Source: an uncultured Sutterella sp.
GTDB lineage: Bacteria > Pseudomonadota > Gammaproteobacteria > Burkholderiales > Burkholderiaceae_F
Length of the DNA: 64,000 nt
Reading direction: 5' to 3'
Assembly: GCA_944392755.1 (NCBI GenBank)
Contig: CALXXT010000027.1
Location: forward strand, 26,313 to 90,312
Shown: positions 48,998 through 58,821 of the stretch, in pieces
How the letters are laid out: every line of letters begins with the position of its first letter
How positions within the stretch are numbered: the stretch's first letter is position 1
Translations under genes and position numbers: made by a program
The notes under the pieces: generated by a model
Seen by the model: the letters and a program-made list of their open reading frames with translations, nothing else
Told to the model about the DNA's origin: nothing
Database searches by the model: none

Positions 48998-50398
48998 ATG
49001 GGAAAGACGCTTTACGAAAAGGTATACGACGCTCACGTCGTCGAGGACAAGCCGGGAGAAATTCCGCTCCTCTTCATCGACAGGCACGTCGTGCATGAAG
49101 TGACGAGCCCGCAGGCCTTCGCCGGCCTGCGCGCAGCCGGCCGCCCGGTGCGCAGGCCCGATCTCACGCTCGGCACGATGGACCACGACATTTCGACGCG
49201 CTCGCTTGAAATCTCGGCCTGCAGTCCGATGGCGCGCGAGCAGATGACGACCCTCGTCAAGAACTGCCGCGACTTCGGCGTGACGCTCTACGGCGTCGGG
49301 CACGAACGTCAGGGGATCGTTCACATCATCGGACCCCAGACGGGCTTCACGCTGCCCGGCACGACCTTGGTCTGCGGCGACTCCCACACGGCCACGCACG
49401 GCGCCGTGGGGGCGCTCGCCTTCGGCATCGGCACGTCCGAGGTCGAGCATGTCCTCGCCACGCAGACCTTGAAGCAGGCTCGCCTCAAGACGATGAAGAT
49501 CGACTGCCGCGGCCGCCTCGGCAAGGGCGTCTACGCGAAGGACCTGATCCTCGCCATCGCCGGCAAGCTCACGACGGCGGGCGGCACGGGCTACGCGGTC
49601 GAATTCATGGGCGAAGCCGTGGAGGCGCTCTCCATGGAGGGGCGCCTGACGCTCTGCAACATGGCGATCGAAATGGGCGCCAAGGTCGGGATGATCGCTC
49701 CCGACGAGACGACCTTCGAGTACCTGAAGAACCGTCCTTACGCGCCGAAGGGCGCGGCCTGGGACGAAGCCGTCGCCTACTGGAAGACGCTGCGCTCGGA
49801 TGCGGATGCGCACTGGGACGCCGTCGTCGAGATCGACGCGACCGCGCTCGAGCCCCAAACCACCTGGGGCACGAACCCGGGACAGGAATGCGCCTTGACG
49901 GGATCGATCCCCACGCTTGAAAGCTTCGAGGATCCCGTCGACCGCGAAGGCGCCAGGAAGGCGCTCGACTACATCGGCCTCGCCCCCGGATCCCGTCTCA
50001 CCGACGCGCGCGTCGACACGGTCTTCATCGGTTCGTGCACGAACGGCCGCATCGAAGACTTCCGCGAGGCGGCCAAGGTTCTCGCAGGCCGGAAGGTGGC
50101 CGAAGGCGTTCTTGCCCTCGCCGTTCCGGGCTCGATGGAAGTGCGCCGTCAGGCAGAAGCCGAGGGCCTCGACAAGATCTTTGAAGCGGCCGGATTCGAG
50201 TGGCGGCTCCCGGGCTGCTCGATGTGCCTCGCCATGAACGACGACCGCGCCGCGCCCGGTTCCCGCGTCGCCTCCACGTCGAACCGCAACTTCGTCGGAC
50301 GACAGGGCCGCGGCAGCCGCACTCACCTGATGAGTCCCGCCGCAGCCGCCGCAAGCGCCATTGAAGGCCGCATCGCCGACCCGCGTCCCTATCTTTGA
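48998..50398 (+). CDS. leuC: 3-isopropylmalate dehydratase large subunit
   Basis: [34 protein letters not shown]. Confidence 0.97.
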   Translation: MGKTLYEKVYDAHVVEDKPGEIPLLFIDRHVVHEVTSPQAFAGLRAAGRPVRRPDLTLGTMDHDISTRSLEISACSPMAREQMTTLVKNCRDFGVTLYGVGHERQGIVHIIGPQTGFTLPGTTLVCGDSHTATHGAVGALAFGIGTSEVEHVLATQTLKQARLKTMKIDCRGRLGKGVYAKDLILAIAGKLTTAGGTGYAVEFMGEAVEALSMEGRLTLCNMAIEMGAKVGMIAPDETTFEYLKNRPYAPKGAAWDEAVAYWKTLRSDADAHWDAVVEIDATALEPQTTWGTNPGQECALTGSIPTLESFEDPVDREGARKALDYIGLAPGSRLTDARVDTVFIGSCTNGRIEDFREAAKVLAGRKVAEGVLALAVPGSMEVRRQAEAEGLDKIFEAAGFEWRLPGCSMCLAMNDDRAAPGSRVASTSNRNFVGRQGRGSRTHLMSPAAAAASAIEGRIADPRPYL

Positions 50399-50411
50399 GA
50401 AGGAGTCCGTC

Positions 50412-51032
50412 ATGGAAAAATTCACTCAGCTCACCTCGGTGGCGGCTCCGCTCGACCGCGCGAACGTCGATACGGATCAGATCATTCCGAAGCAGTTCCT
50501 CTTGGCCGTCGACCGCAAGGGCTTCGGCAAGCACCTCTTCCACGATCAGCGCTACCTTGACGAAGCCGAAACTCAGGAGAATCCGGAATTCGTGCTCAAT
50601 CAGCCCCGCTACCGTCAGGCGAAGATCCTCGTCGCCCGACAGAATTTCGGGAACGGCTCGAGCCGCGAGCACGCGCCGTGGGCGCTTCTCGACTTCGGAC
50701 TGCGCGCCATCGTGGCGAGCTCCTTCGCGGACATCTTCAACAACAACGCGCTCGGGAACGGACTGCTGACCGTGAAGCTCACCGAGGAGGAAATCGACGA
50801 GATCTTCACGGAGCTCGCGAAGCATCCCGACGCGCCGATGACGATCGATCTCGAGCAGGAAACCGTGAAGCTCTCGGACCGAACCTACCGCTTCACGCTC
50901 GATCCCTTCCGCCGCCACATGCTGCTCGAGGGGCTCGACGCCATCGACCTGACGCTTAAGGAACTCCCGACGATCGAGGCTTACGAACGCTCGATTCCGG
51001 CCTGGCGCCGCCTGGATTCGGCCGAACGCTGA
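50412..51032 (+). CDS. leuD: 3-isopropylmalate dehydratase small subunit
   Basis: NVDTDQIIPKQFL, NFG-x-GSSREHAPWAL, SFADIF. Confidence 0.97.
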   Translation: MEKFTQLTSVAAPLDRANVDTDQIIPKQFLLAVDRKGFGKHLFHDQRYLDEAETQENPEFVLNQPRYRQAKILVARQNFGNGSSREHAPWALLDFGLRAIVASSFADIFNNNALGNGLLTVKLTEEEIDEIFTELAKHPDAPMTIDLEQETVKLSDRTYRFTLDPFRRHMLLEGLDAIDLTLKELPTIEAYERSIPAWRRLDSAER

Positions 51033-51085
51033 GTTCGGCGCAGCCTCAGTGCTTGAAGCGCTGAGGCCGTCGAGCGAGTTTCGAC

Positions 51086-51121
51086 AAAAAGGCCCGTTCG
51101 GTTTTCACCGGACAGGCCTTT
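51086..51121. terminator. Bidirectional terminator
   Basis: AAAAAGGCC...GGCCTTT between leuD and the convergent transporter gene. Confidence 0.6.
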
Positions 51122-51138
51122 CGCCTTCACTGCGTCTC

Positions 51139-53373
51139 TCAAGCCGCCGAGGGCGCCGCTTCGTTTGAAGCCGACGCGCTCAATTCGCTCTGCAGGAGCT
51201 TCACCATCATGTAGCGGTTGAGCATCTCGCGCGAGAAGAGCAGATAGCCGAGATAGAGCTCGCTCTTTCTGAGCGACACCTTCTCCTCGCCGATGAGGCC
51301 GAGGAAGTTCTTCTGCGCTTCATCGATGAGTCGGAGAATGCGCGAGCATTGCGCGGGCACGAAGTGGTGATCGCGCAGTCCCTTCAAGTCGTTCGAGAGA
51401 ATCTGCATGTTTTCGCGCATGATGCCCTTGAACGGCGAGTGACTGTTGGCCACGTAGTTCTCCGTGACGCCGAGCTGGTCGCGCAGCGAATGTCCGACTT
51501 CCTTCATGTTCGTGAAGGCGCGGTAGTAGAAGGTGCGCGCATCGCGGTCGGCCTTGGAGCCGCCCCCTTCGAGCGCCATGCTGTAGTACTCGCCGCGACG
51601 GAAGGAGATTTCATCGAAGAGCGCGACCGAACGGTTCTTGAGCCGCTTGAGGCGGATGTGGTCCTCGTCGAGGAAGGCGTCGAGCCCCTCGGCGAAGAGC
51701 GTGAGCGTCTCATCGAGATAGCGGTCGACGCTCACCATGAGAAGATCATGGACGAGCCTCTGATCGCCGCGGTCGAGACGACGGAAGGATTCCTCCTCCT
51801 CCTTCGTTTCCTTCGAGAAGAAGTTCGATCGGACGATGACGAAGAAGGCCGCGAGCATCGCCAGAATCATCGCGGGCTCGCCGAGCCAGATGAAGAGCGC
51901 GCAGACGACGGCGCAGGCCGTTGCCGCCGTGAATGCCGTGAGGAACCAGCCGGAAATGACGGTGAGGACGCCGGAAATGCGGTAGACGGCGCTTTCGCGG
52001 TCCCAGGCGCCGTCGGCAAGCGACGAACCCATCGCCACCATGAAGGTGACGTACGTGGTCGAGAGCGGCAGCTGCAGGCTCGTCGCTGAGGCAATGAGGG
52101 CGGAGGCGAGCACGAGATTCACGCTCGCGCGCACTTCGTCGAAGGGAAGCTCCGTCTGGTCCTTCGGAACCCGGGGCTTGCGGAAGCGCAGGACGAGCGT
52201 GCGCATGACCGAGCGCGGAATCAGCTCTTCGACGAGCTCATGGAACTTGAGGGCCCCGCGGACGATGACGCGCGCAGGCAGCGACGACCCGAACTGCTCC
52301 TTGCCGCCTCGCGACGAACTCGCGAGATTCACCGAAGTGCGGATGACGCGGTGGGCCTTCTTTGAAAAGCAGAGCGTGAGGCACATCACGATGCCGGACG
52401 CGGCGAGGAAGACGGTGGGCGTCCTCATCGAGGCGCGCAGCCCCTCCATCGTGAAGGTGGCCGGATCGGCGCCGGGATGAGCGGAGAAGATCGTAAAGCT
52501 GTCGAGCGCGGCGAGCGGCACGCCCACGAAATTGACGAGGTCGTTGCCCGCGAAGGCGAAGGCGAGCGCAAAGGTGCCCGAAAGGATGATGAAGGGGAAG
52601 ATGTTGACGCGCCAGAAAAGGATGAGCGCTTGAAAGACGACGAAGCATGCGCCGAAGAGCGACAAAAGAATCGGCCGCGTGTTGTCGTCGACCCAGACGA
52701 TCCACTCGCGGCGCATGAAGGAGGCGCCGGCGAGGCCCTTCATCACCAGGAAGTAGAAGATCGCGCAGACGGCCGCAGCGCCGAAGAGGCCGCCGAGCCA
52801 GCGGTAGCTTTTCTGATAGCGGAAGGTAAAAAGAAGCCTCAGCACGTACTGCGTGATGAGGCCGGCGAAAAATGCAACGACGACGGAAACGAGGATCGCC
52901 ATGATCATGGCGAGCGCCTTGCCGCTGTTGAGATAAAGACCCAGATCGGTGAACGGCGCTCCCGTGGTCCACACCTTGTAGCAGGCCATGGCAAGGGCGC
53001 CGCCGAGGAGTTCGAAGATGATCGAAACCGTGGTCGAGGTGGGCAGGCCGAAGGAATTGAAGGTGTTGAGGATGAGCACGTCCGTCACCATCACGGCGCA
53101 GAAGACGATGACGACCTCGGCGAAGGTGAGCCGCTCGGGAACGAGAACGCCCGTCTTCGCAATTTCCATCATGCCCGAGGAGAACGTCGCTCCGAGCAGG
53201 ACGCCCGCGCAGGCGACGGCCATGATGATCCAGAAGGGCGCCGTGCGGGAGCCGACGGCAGAGTTGAGAAAGTTCACGGCATCGTTGCTCACGCCGACAA
53301 AAAGGTCGCAGAGCGCCAAAACGCCGAGAAGTCCGAGCGCAATGTAGATAAATGCGTCCACAAGAAATCCCAA
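51139..53373 (-). CDS. PiT-family inorganic phosphate transporter, long form with helical C-terminal domain
   Basis: GVSNDAVNF and AGNDLVNF (duplicated PiT signature), PTSTT and PLSTT. Confidence 0.88.
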   Translation of the reverse strand: MGFLVDAFIYIALGLLGVLALCDLFVGVSNDAVNFLNSAVGSRTAPFWIIMAVACAGVLLGATFSSGMMEIAKTGVLVPERLTFAEVVIVFCAVMVTDVLILNTFNSFGLPTSTTVSIIFELLGGALAMACYKVWTTGAPFTDLGLYLNSGKALAMIMAILVSVVVAFFAGLITQYVLRLLFTFRYQKSYRWLGGLFGAAAVCAIFYFLVMKGLAGASFMRREWIVWVDDNTRPILLSLFGACFVVFQALILFWRVNIFPFIILSGTFALAFAFAGNDLVNFVGVPLAALDSFTIFSAHPGADPATFTMEGLRASMRTPTVFLAASGIVMCLTLCFSKKAHRVIRTSVNLASSSRGGKEQFGSSLPARVIVRGALKFHELVEELIPRSVMRTLVLRFRKPRVPKDQTELPFDEVRASVNLVLASALIASATSLQLPLSTTYVTFMVAMGSSLADGAWDRESAVYRISGVLTVISGWFLTAFTAATACAVVCALFIWLGEPAMILAMLAAFFVIVRSNFFSKETKEEEESFRRLDRGDQRLVHDLLMVSVDRYLDETLTLFAEGLDAFLDEDHIRLKRLKNRSVALFDEISFRRGEYYSMALEGGGSKADRDARTFYYRAFTNMKEVGHSLRDQLGVTENYVANSHSPFKGIMRENMQILSNDLKGLRDHHFVPAQCSRILRLIDEAQKNFLGLIGEEKVSLRKSELYLGYLLFSREMLNRYMMVKLLQSELSASASNEAAPSAA

Positions 53374-53519
53374 AGGTCAAGCTTGGAGAGAGAGGGCTAA
53401 TGCTTAACGCAACGGAATGTAAATTCCGTGAGGGATTCTAGTTGAGAAACGGCACCATAGGAAAACCGCGTAGGGGAAAAAGCGGATGCGGGCGTTGCAA
53501 AAAAGCGAATGCATGGTTC

Positions 53520-53556
53520 AAAAAAAGGCGGCTCGCCCTTAGGAAGCCGCCTTTTT
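53520..53556 (-). terminator. Intrinsic terminator after the MFS gene
   Basis: AAAAAAGGCGGCT...AGCCGCCTTTTT. Confidence 0.75.
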
Positions 53557-53563
53557 CAATTGC

Positions 53564-54937
53564 TCAGAACTTGGCTTCAACGCCTTTCATGGAGGTCTCC
53601 ACAGCCGGACGCTTCCAGTAGAGATAGGCGAGCATCGGAAGGATCACGAAGCCCGAGACGAAGATCACGGCCTTCAGGTTGAGCCACATGGCGAGGGCGC
53701 CGCCCGCAATCGGCCCGATGACGCTTCCGACCTGCTGCGCGGCGAAGGAAAGGCCGAAAATGCGGCCGCGGTCTTCGGGACCGGTGCTGTTCGTCAGAAT
53801 CGCATTGATCGAGGGGAAGATCCCGGCGAAGGCAAGGCCGCCGATGAAGCGCCACGCCCCGAAAGGCACGAGCGTATCGGGAATCGCCTGCACCATGCCG
53901 AAAATGCCCGCGCCGAGGAGCGCGGCGTAGAGGGCCGGACGGAACCCGAACTTTTGACCCAGAATGCCCCAGACGGGCGAAGCGATGACGCCCGAAACGC
54001 CGACGATGGAGAAGAGCACGCCCGTGACGAGCACGATGCGGTCCATGCTTCCCTGCAGCTCGGCAACGTAAAGCGGCATCACGGGCTGCTGCAGCAGAAT
54101 CGTGAGCTGCACGAGGCCGGCCGTGAGCAGCATGCGCTGCACGACAGGCACCTTGAGGAGATTCGTCTTCGGCTTCTTCTTGTCGCTCGAGGCCGTCTTG
54201 CGGCGTTTCGGCTCCTTGATGAAGAACACGATGAGGAGCGTGATGATGCAGAGACCGGCAGAGCCAAGAAAGAAGGTCATGCGCATGCCGAAAAGCTCGG
54301 CGAGAACGCCGCCCGCGAGCGGCCCGAGGACGCCGCCGGCCGTCATGCCGCCCTGCATCGTGCCGAGGCAGAAGCCGAGGCGCTCCTTGGGAACGTTGCT
54401 CGCCAGAATGGCGAGGCAGGCGGGCCACAATCCCGCGGCGAACCCCTGGAAGCACCGCACGCCGAGGAGCTGCCACTCGTCCTGCACGAGGCCCGAGAGT
54501 CCGTAGCTGAGCGCAAGGAAGACGGCCGAGCGCACGGCCATGAGCTTGCGGGAATTCTTGTCGGCCATCGCCCCCCAGATGGGCGCCATGATGCCCGATA
54601 TCACGAAGGAGGAGGAGAAGACGATGCCCGACCACAGATTGACGTCCGACTGCGCGACGCCGAGCTCCTTGATGAGGTACATCGGCAGAAACGGAATGAG
54701 CATCGTGTAGCTCAAGCTCATGAGGACGGACGAAGCCGTCAGAATGACGAGCGTGAGCTTCCACGGCGGAAGCTCGGTCTGCGGTTCGGGGTCCGAAGCC
54801 CCCTCCCCGCGCCCTTTCTCAAGCCGATCGAAATTCACTTCGTGCGGCTCCGGGTCCTTTTTCGTGTCTGCGGCGGCGGGCGCTGCAAGAGGCGCCTCTC
54901 TTCCTTCTTTTTCTTCGTCGTCCTTCACTTCTTTCAT
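53564..54937 (-). CDS. MFS transporter, DHA1/MdtG-like
   Basis: PFLP-x-Y-x2-ELG, PIWG-x2-AD-x3-RK-x-M, GPL-x-GG; 12 TM. Confidence 0.9.
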   Translation of the reverse strand: MKEVKDDEEKEGREAPLAAPAAADTKKDPEPHEVNFDRLEKGRGEGASDPEPQTELPPWKLTLVILTASSVLMSLSYTMLIPFLPMYLIKELGVAQSDVNLWSGIVFSSSFVISGIMAPIWGAMADKNSRKLMAVRSAVFLALSYGLSGLVQDEWQLLGVRCFQGFAAGLWPACLAILASNVPKERLGFCLGTMQGGMTAGGVLGPLAGGVLAELFGMRMTFFLGSAGLCIITLLIVFFIKEPKRRKTASSDKKKPKTNLLKVPVVQRMLLTAGLVQLTILLQQPVMPLYVAELQGSMDRIVLVTGVLFSIVGVSGVIASPVWGILGQKFGFRPALYAALLGAGIFGMVQAIPDTLVPFGAWRFIGGLAFAGIFPSINAILTNSTGPEDRGRIFGLSFAAQQVGSVIGPIAGGALAMWLNLKAVIFVSGFVILPMLAYLYWKRPAVETSMKGVEAKF

Positions 54938-55052
54938 CCCGAAAAGCCCGAGAGCCCGCCGCTGCTCGGCGCAGCGCGGGCCCAATTCTCATTGGCGATG
55001 GCGTCAGGCTTCATTCTAGCGAAAGCGAGACGCGCGCCCTCATTCAACCATC

Positions 55053-55529
55053 CTAGCGGATCGGCGCCGGAAAAAGCACGTCCACCAAATTCTCGACGAC
55101 CTGATCCGGATCGGCATAAGGGTAGGGAACAAGACCCTGCGCGGGCTCGACCATGTCGGGCTTTTCCCAAGTCGCCCGCTGGGCCTCGCCCGTGTAGAAA
55201 TCCTTGAATTCGAGCGAAACGCTCGCCGGGAGATCGCCCGAAGACCGCAAGGCGCCGGAGCGAAGCGTCAGGCCGTAGCGGCAGCTGCGGCATTCCTCGT
55301 TCTGCGAAAGCAAGCGCACGCGCAGCCCCCGGTCCGCGAGAAGCCGCCGCATCGTGATCTGCAGCACGTCCGGCACGTCCGACGATTGAATGCAGACGAG
55401 CTCCCGCGCCGAGGGGAGACCCGTCGTCCGGATGGGCGGATCCTTCGGCAAAGGCTCCGTCGAACAGGAGGCGACGCCCGCCAATGCGGCGGCGGCCGCC
55501 AATACGTGCAGAATTCGCAAAACAGCCAT
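55053..55529 (-). CDS. Small lipoprotein (possible distant Sbal_3080-like)
   Basis: Lipobox VASC; LVCIQ and CRSCRYGL. Confidence 0.55.
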   Translation of the reverse strand: MAVLRILHVLAAAAALAGVASCSTEPLPKDPPIRTTGLPSARELVCIQSSDVPDVLQITMRRLLADRGLRVRLLSQNEECRSCRYGLTLRSGALRSSGDLPASVSLEFKDFYTGEAQRATWEKPDMVEPAQGLVPYPYADPDQVVENLVDVLFPAPIR

Positions 55530-55625
55530 GAAATTCCGGGCTCGGTGCGCCTCCGAGAACCTAGAAAAAACCCGCGGCGCATTTTCTAATCATACTCCAG
55601 CGGCTTCGCCCTCAATCCGGCCGAA

Positions 55626-56216
55626 ATGCCTAAAATGTCCCGAACTTTCTTCATCGCTCAGCGCACCATGGCCAAATCGTCTCCCGCCTCGCTTCCGGCA
55701 CTCTACCCGCCGAAACTTGTCTGCGCGCTCGCGCTCATCTTCACGCCCGTCTTCGGCGCCGTCCTCCAGGGCAAAAACTGGATCGAGCTCGGCCGCCCGG
55801 ACGAAGCCCGCGCATCCCGGATCTGGGCCCGCACGGCCTTCTGGCTGATCGGGTTCTATCTCGTTTTCCAAACCCTCTTTCGTCACGAGCCGATCGTGCA
55901 CTACATGGGGCCGTATTTTCTTCTCGTCCTCTGGGCGGCATGGATGATCACGAACGGGCGCCGACAGCTCGCCCATGCATCCGAGCCCTTTGCGCGCCGT
56001 CCGATCGGTCGGCCCATCATGCTCGGCGCAGGCGGCTGGATTCTCTACGGCGCCCTCTCATTCACGATCACGCTCGGCCTCATGCTCTCCGGGATCGAAC
56101 CGATGGCGCCCGACGCGCCCGAATACGGCGTGAGGCTCTCGATACCCGAAGGCTCCGACAAAGTCCTTGTCGAAGAGCTCCCGCCGCCCGAACCCGCGAA
56201 ATCAACCGAACCCTGA
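55626..56216 (+). CDS. Hypothetical membrane protein
   Basis: About 4 TM; LYPP...FTPVFGA...NW-x2-LG; start uncertain (55626/55635/55668). Confidence 0.65.
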   Translation: MPKMSRTFFIAQRTMAKSSPASLPALYPPKLVCALALIFTPVFGAVLQGKNWIELGRPDEARASRIWARTAFWLIGFYLVFQTLFRHEPIVHYMGPYFLLVLWAAWMITNGRRQLAHASEPFARRPIGRPIMLGAGGWILYGALSFTITLGLMLSGIEPMAPDAPEYGVRLSIPEGSDKVLVEELPPPEPAKSTEP

Positions 56217-57268
56217 TGCCGAAACGGCCCGACGAGACCTTTCCCCTTCCATCGCCCGAAGCGCCCGCCGACATCGTGCTCGATCTGCTCGGCGGCATGG
56301 TGCGGCGGCGCCCCTTGAGCGGCGAGGAAGCCCTGAAGCGCGAGGCGGAGCTCGGAGAAGCCGCTCGGGCGGGCGATGCCGCCGCGCAGGCTCATCTCGC
56401 TCGGATCGTTCTCGCGCGCGAACCGAATGCAGAAGGCAACCGCAGAGCCGTGCGTCTCCTTCGGCGCTCGGCCCAGAAAAAGCATCCTGACGGGCTTTAC
56501 CTCCTCGGGCTGCTAGCATTGCGCGGCCAAGGCATGAAGCGCAATCCCGAGCTCGGGCGCTCGCTCCTTGAGGAGGCGGCCTACCAGAACCACCGTGAAG
56601 CTCAGAGCGCGCTCGCACGGGCGCTCGAACTCGGCGCCGGCGGGCCGAAGGATCCCGAGCGCGCCCTCTACTGGCGGCGTCTCGCGGCGTCCCTCGGCTC
56701 GAGCGCGGACGCGCTTGAAGCCGGCCGCGCCTATCGGGACGGCCGCGGCGCGTCGGAAAACATGCAGGAAGCGCGCCGCTGGCTCACGCGCGCCGCGAAG
56801 GCCGGGAACGGAGAGGCTCAGTACGAGGCGGCGCTTCTCCTGCGGCGGCGCCTGACGGACGATGAGGCCGCCGCCGAATCCCAGCGCTGGATGAAGGAAG
56901 CCGCGCTTTCGGGAATACCCGACGCTCAGTTCCGCACCGGACTGGCCGCCTGGTCGGGCGAAGGCGGGCGCGTCAATCTCGGCGAGGCGCTCCGGTGGCT
57001 CAAGCGCGCCGCCGCCGGCGGATCGGCCCGAGCCGCCTTGATGATTGCGGGATTCTTCCTCACCGGAAACGCCCTCCCGCTAGATCGGCCAAGGGCCTAT
57101 GCGGCGCTGCGCGCAGCCGAGCGTCTCGGCGACCCGGAAGCCCGCCGAACGGCCGACGCCGTCCGGTCGGGGCTCGATCCCGAGGAGGCGCGGGAGATCG
57201 AACGGCGCGCCCGAACGGAACCCCTCGGGGACTTTTTCAGCGAACTCCTCTCGCCCTGGATCCGTTGA
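56216..57268 (+). CDS. Sel1-like repeat protein
   Basis: Repeated AQ-x2-LG/A...G-x-G...A-x2-W-x3-AA-x2-G; ATG overlaps the upstream stop. Confidence 0.85.
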   Translation: MPKRPDETFPLPSPEAPADIVLDLLGGMVRRRPLSGEEALKREAELGEAARAGDAAAQAHLARIVLAREPNAEGNRRAVRLLRRSAQKKHPDGLYLLGLLALRGQGMKRNPELGRSLLEEAAYQNHREAQSALARALELGAGGPKDPERALYWRRLAASLGSSADALEAGRAYRDGRGASENMQEARRWLTRAAKAGNGEAQYEAALLLRRRLTDDEAAAESQRWMKEAALSGIPDAQFRTGLAAWSGEGGRVNLGEALRWLKRAAAGGSARAALMIAGFFLTGNALPLDRPRAYAALRAAERLGDPEARRTADAVRSGLDPEEAREIERRARTEPLGDFFSELLSPWIR

Positions 57269-57473
57269 GTTCGAGCGGGAGATTTGCTCTCAGGCGCCCG
57301 AGAACGCAGGAGAAGAGGCGGAAATCGGCCCGCCCGGCCCTCGACGCCGCTACAATGCTGAAAACGGGTGCGGCTAGATTCATTCACGAAGTCGCCGCGT
57401 CCGCCCTTCATCCGGCGAGAGCAGCTCGTCCGGTTCTCCGGCCTGCGCTGGAATCTGCGAAAAGGAGCTCCTT

Positions 57474-57764
57474 ATGAATCGTTTGCAACTCGTTGACCGC
57501 GTCGCCAGCCGTCTCGGCGCCTCCAAGGCCGAAACGGACCGCATCCTTGTGACGACGCTCGAAGAAATCATTTCCGCCGTGCACCGCGGCGAATCCGTGA
57601 CGCTCATCGGCTTCGGCACGTTCCGCTGCGTCGAAACTGCGCCGCGCACGGGCCGCAACCCGGCCACGGGCGACACGATCCACATCCCGAAGACCTTGAA
57701 GCCGAAGTTCGTGCCGGGCACGTCCTTCCGCAGCATCATCAATTCCAAGATGCAGGAAGAGTAA
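57474..57764 (+). CDS. HU-family DNA-binding protein
   Basis: GESVTLIGFGTF, RTGRNPATG, PKF-x-PG; AAGGAG RBS. Confidence 0.93.
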   Translation: MNRLQLVDRVASRLGASKAETDRILVTTLEEIISAVHRGESVTLIGFGTFRCVETAPRTGRNPATGDTIHIPKTLKPKFVPGTSFRSIINSKMQEE

Positions 57765-57793
57765 TCGGGCGGATGCTGTTCGTCAGCACAATC

Positions 57794-57830
57794 GAAAGGC
57801 CGCGGAACCGCAAGGATCCGGCGGCCTTTT
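57794..57830. terminator. Bidirectional terminator
   Basis: AAAGGCCGC...GCGGCCTTTT. Confidence 0.65.
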
Positions 57831-57845
57831 TCGTTGCGCGCGCCT

Positions 57846-58589
57846 TCAGGACTCGCGCCGCAGGGTGAAGTGAGGAACGGCTTGACGAAACCGCTCGAGA
57901 ACGGCGTCTCCCGGATAGTCGGCGTCGACCCGCGCAAGAAGCTTCGAGAGGAGAAGCCCCTTCGGCGCGCGGTAGATCTGAAGCGCAAAATGTTCGACCC
58001 CTTCGGCCTCAAGCCAATCGGCAAGCCTCATGAGGCCCGCTTCGTCGTGCAGCGTCGGATGGACCGTCGTGCGGCACTCGTATTCGATGCCCGCTTCGCG
58101 CAGCGTGCGGTAGGTCTCCAAAAACTTGGCGCAGGCCCCGGTGCGGCCCGCCGCCCGATCGAAGGCGTCGGGAAGATCAGGCGAAGCCTTCACGTCAAGC
58201 CCAACCCAGGAGAGCCGGCCCGCCACTTCGGCGAAGTGCGCGGGATAGGCGCCCCCGGTGTGGAGCGCGGCAAGATATCCGAGCTCGCGCACGCGCTCGA
58301 CTGCGGCAGGGAGCGCCGGATCAATCGTGGGCTCTCCGCCGGAGAAAACGACGCCGTCGAGAAGCCCCTTGCGGCGCTTCAAGAGATGCTCGACGCCCTG
58401 CCAGGAACCGTGCTCGAGGTCGGGCGCGAACTCCCGCGGCTGCATCCAGGGGTTGTGGCAGTAGGGACAGCGCCAGGGACAGCCCTGCACGAAAACGACC
58501 GCCGAGAGCTTCCCGGGAAAATCGATCGTCGTGAAGGGCGTCACGGCCGCGACGCGAAGCTTTGCGGCCGGCACGGCCTCCTTCGTCAT
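57846..58589 (-). CDS. nrdG: Anaerobic ribonucleotide reductase activase (radical SAM)
   Basis: CPWRCPYCHN, FSGGEP, adjacent to nrdD. Confidence 0.92.
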   Translation of the reverse strand: MTKEAVPAAKLRVAAVTPFTTIDFPGKLSAVVFVQGCPWRCPYCHNPWMQPREFAPDLEHGSWQGVEHLLKRRKGLLDGVVFSGGEPTIDPALPAAVERVRELGYLAALHTGGAYPAHFAEVAGRLSWVGLDVKASPDLPDAFDRAAGRTGACAKFLETYRTLREAGIEYECRTTVHPTLHDEAGLMRLADWLEAEGVEHFALQIYRAPKGLLLSKLLARVDADYPGDAVLERFRQAVPHFTLRRES

Positions 58590-58786
58590 TCGGCGTCGGC
58601 CTTTTCGGCGTGATGCCGCGCGGCGTCTTCGGTGAAGCAGACGCGTTCGTTGAATTCACCCTTCTTGCCGATGTTGAAGCTCTGAACCGGGCGATGGTAG
58701 CCCATCACGCGGGTCCACACCTCGCAGGGCTGACGCTCGCTGTCCTTCAGTTCAACGGGGCGGTTTTCGCGGCGTTCTTCAGTCAT
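58586..58786 (-). CDS. Stand-alone NrdD C-terminal glycyl-radical domain protein (66 aa)
   Basis: CEVWTRVMGYHRP-x2-SFN-x-GK-x2-E; own AGGAG RBS. Confidence 0.88.
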   Translation of the reverse strand: MTEERRENRPVELKDSERQPCEVWTRVMGYHRPVQSFNIGKKGEFNERVCFTEDAARHHAEKADAE

Positions 58787-58821
58787 GGCATTTCTCCTAT
58801 TGAACATTTCTATGAAGCAAT

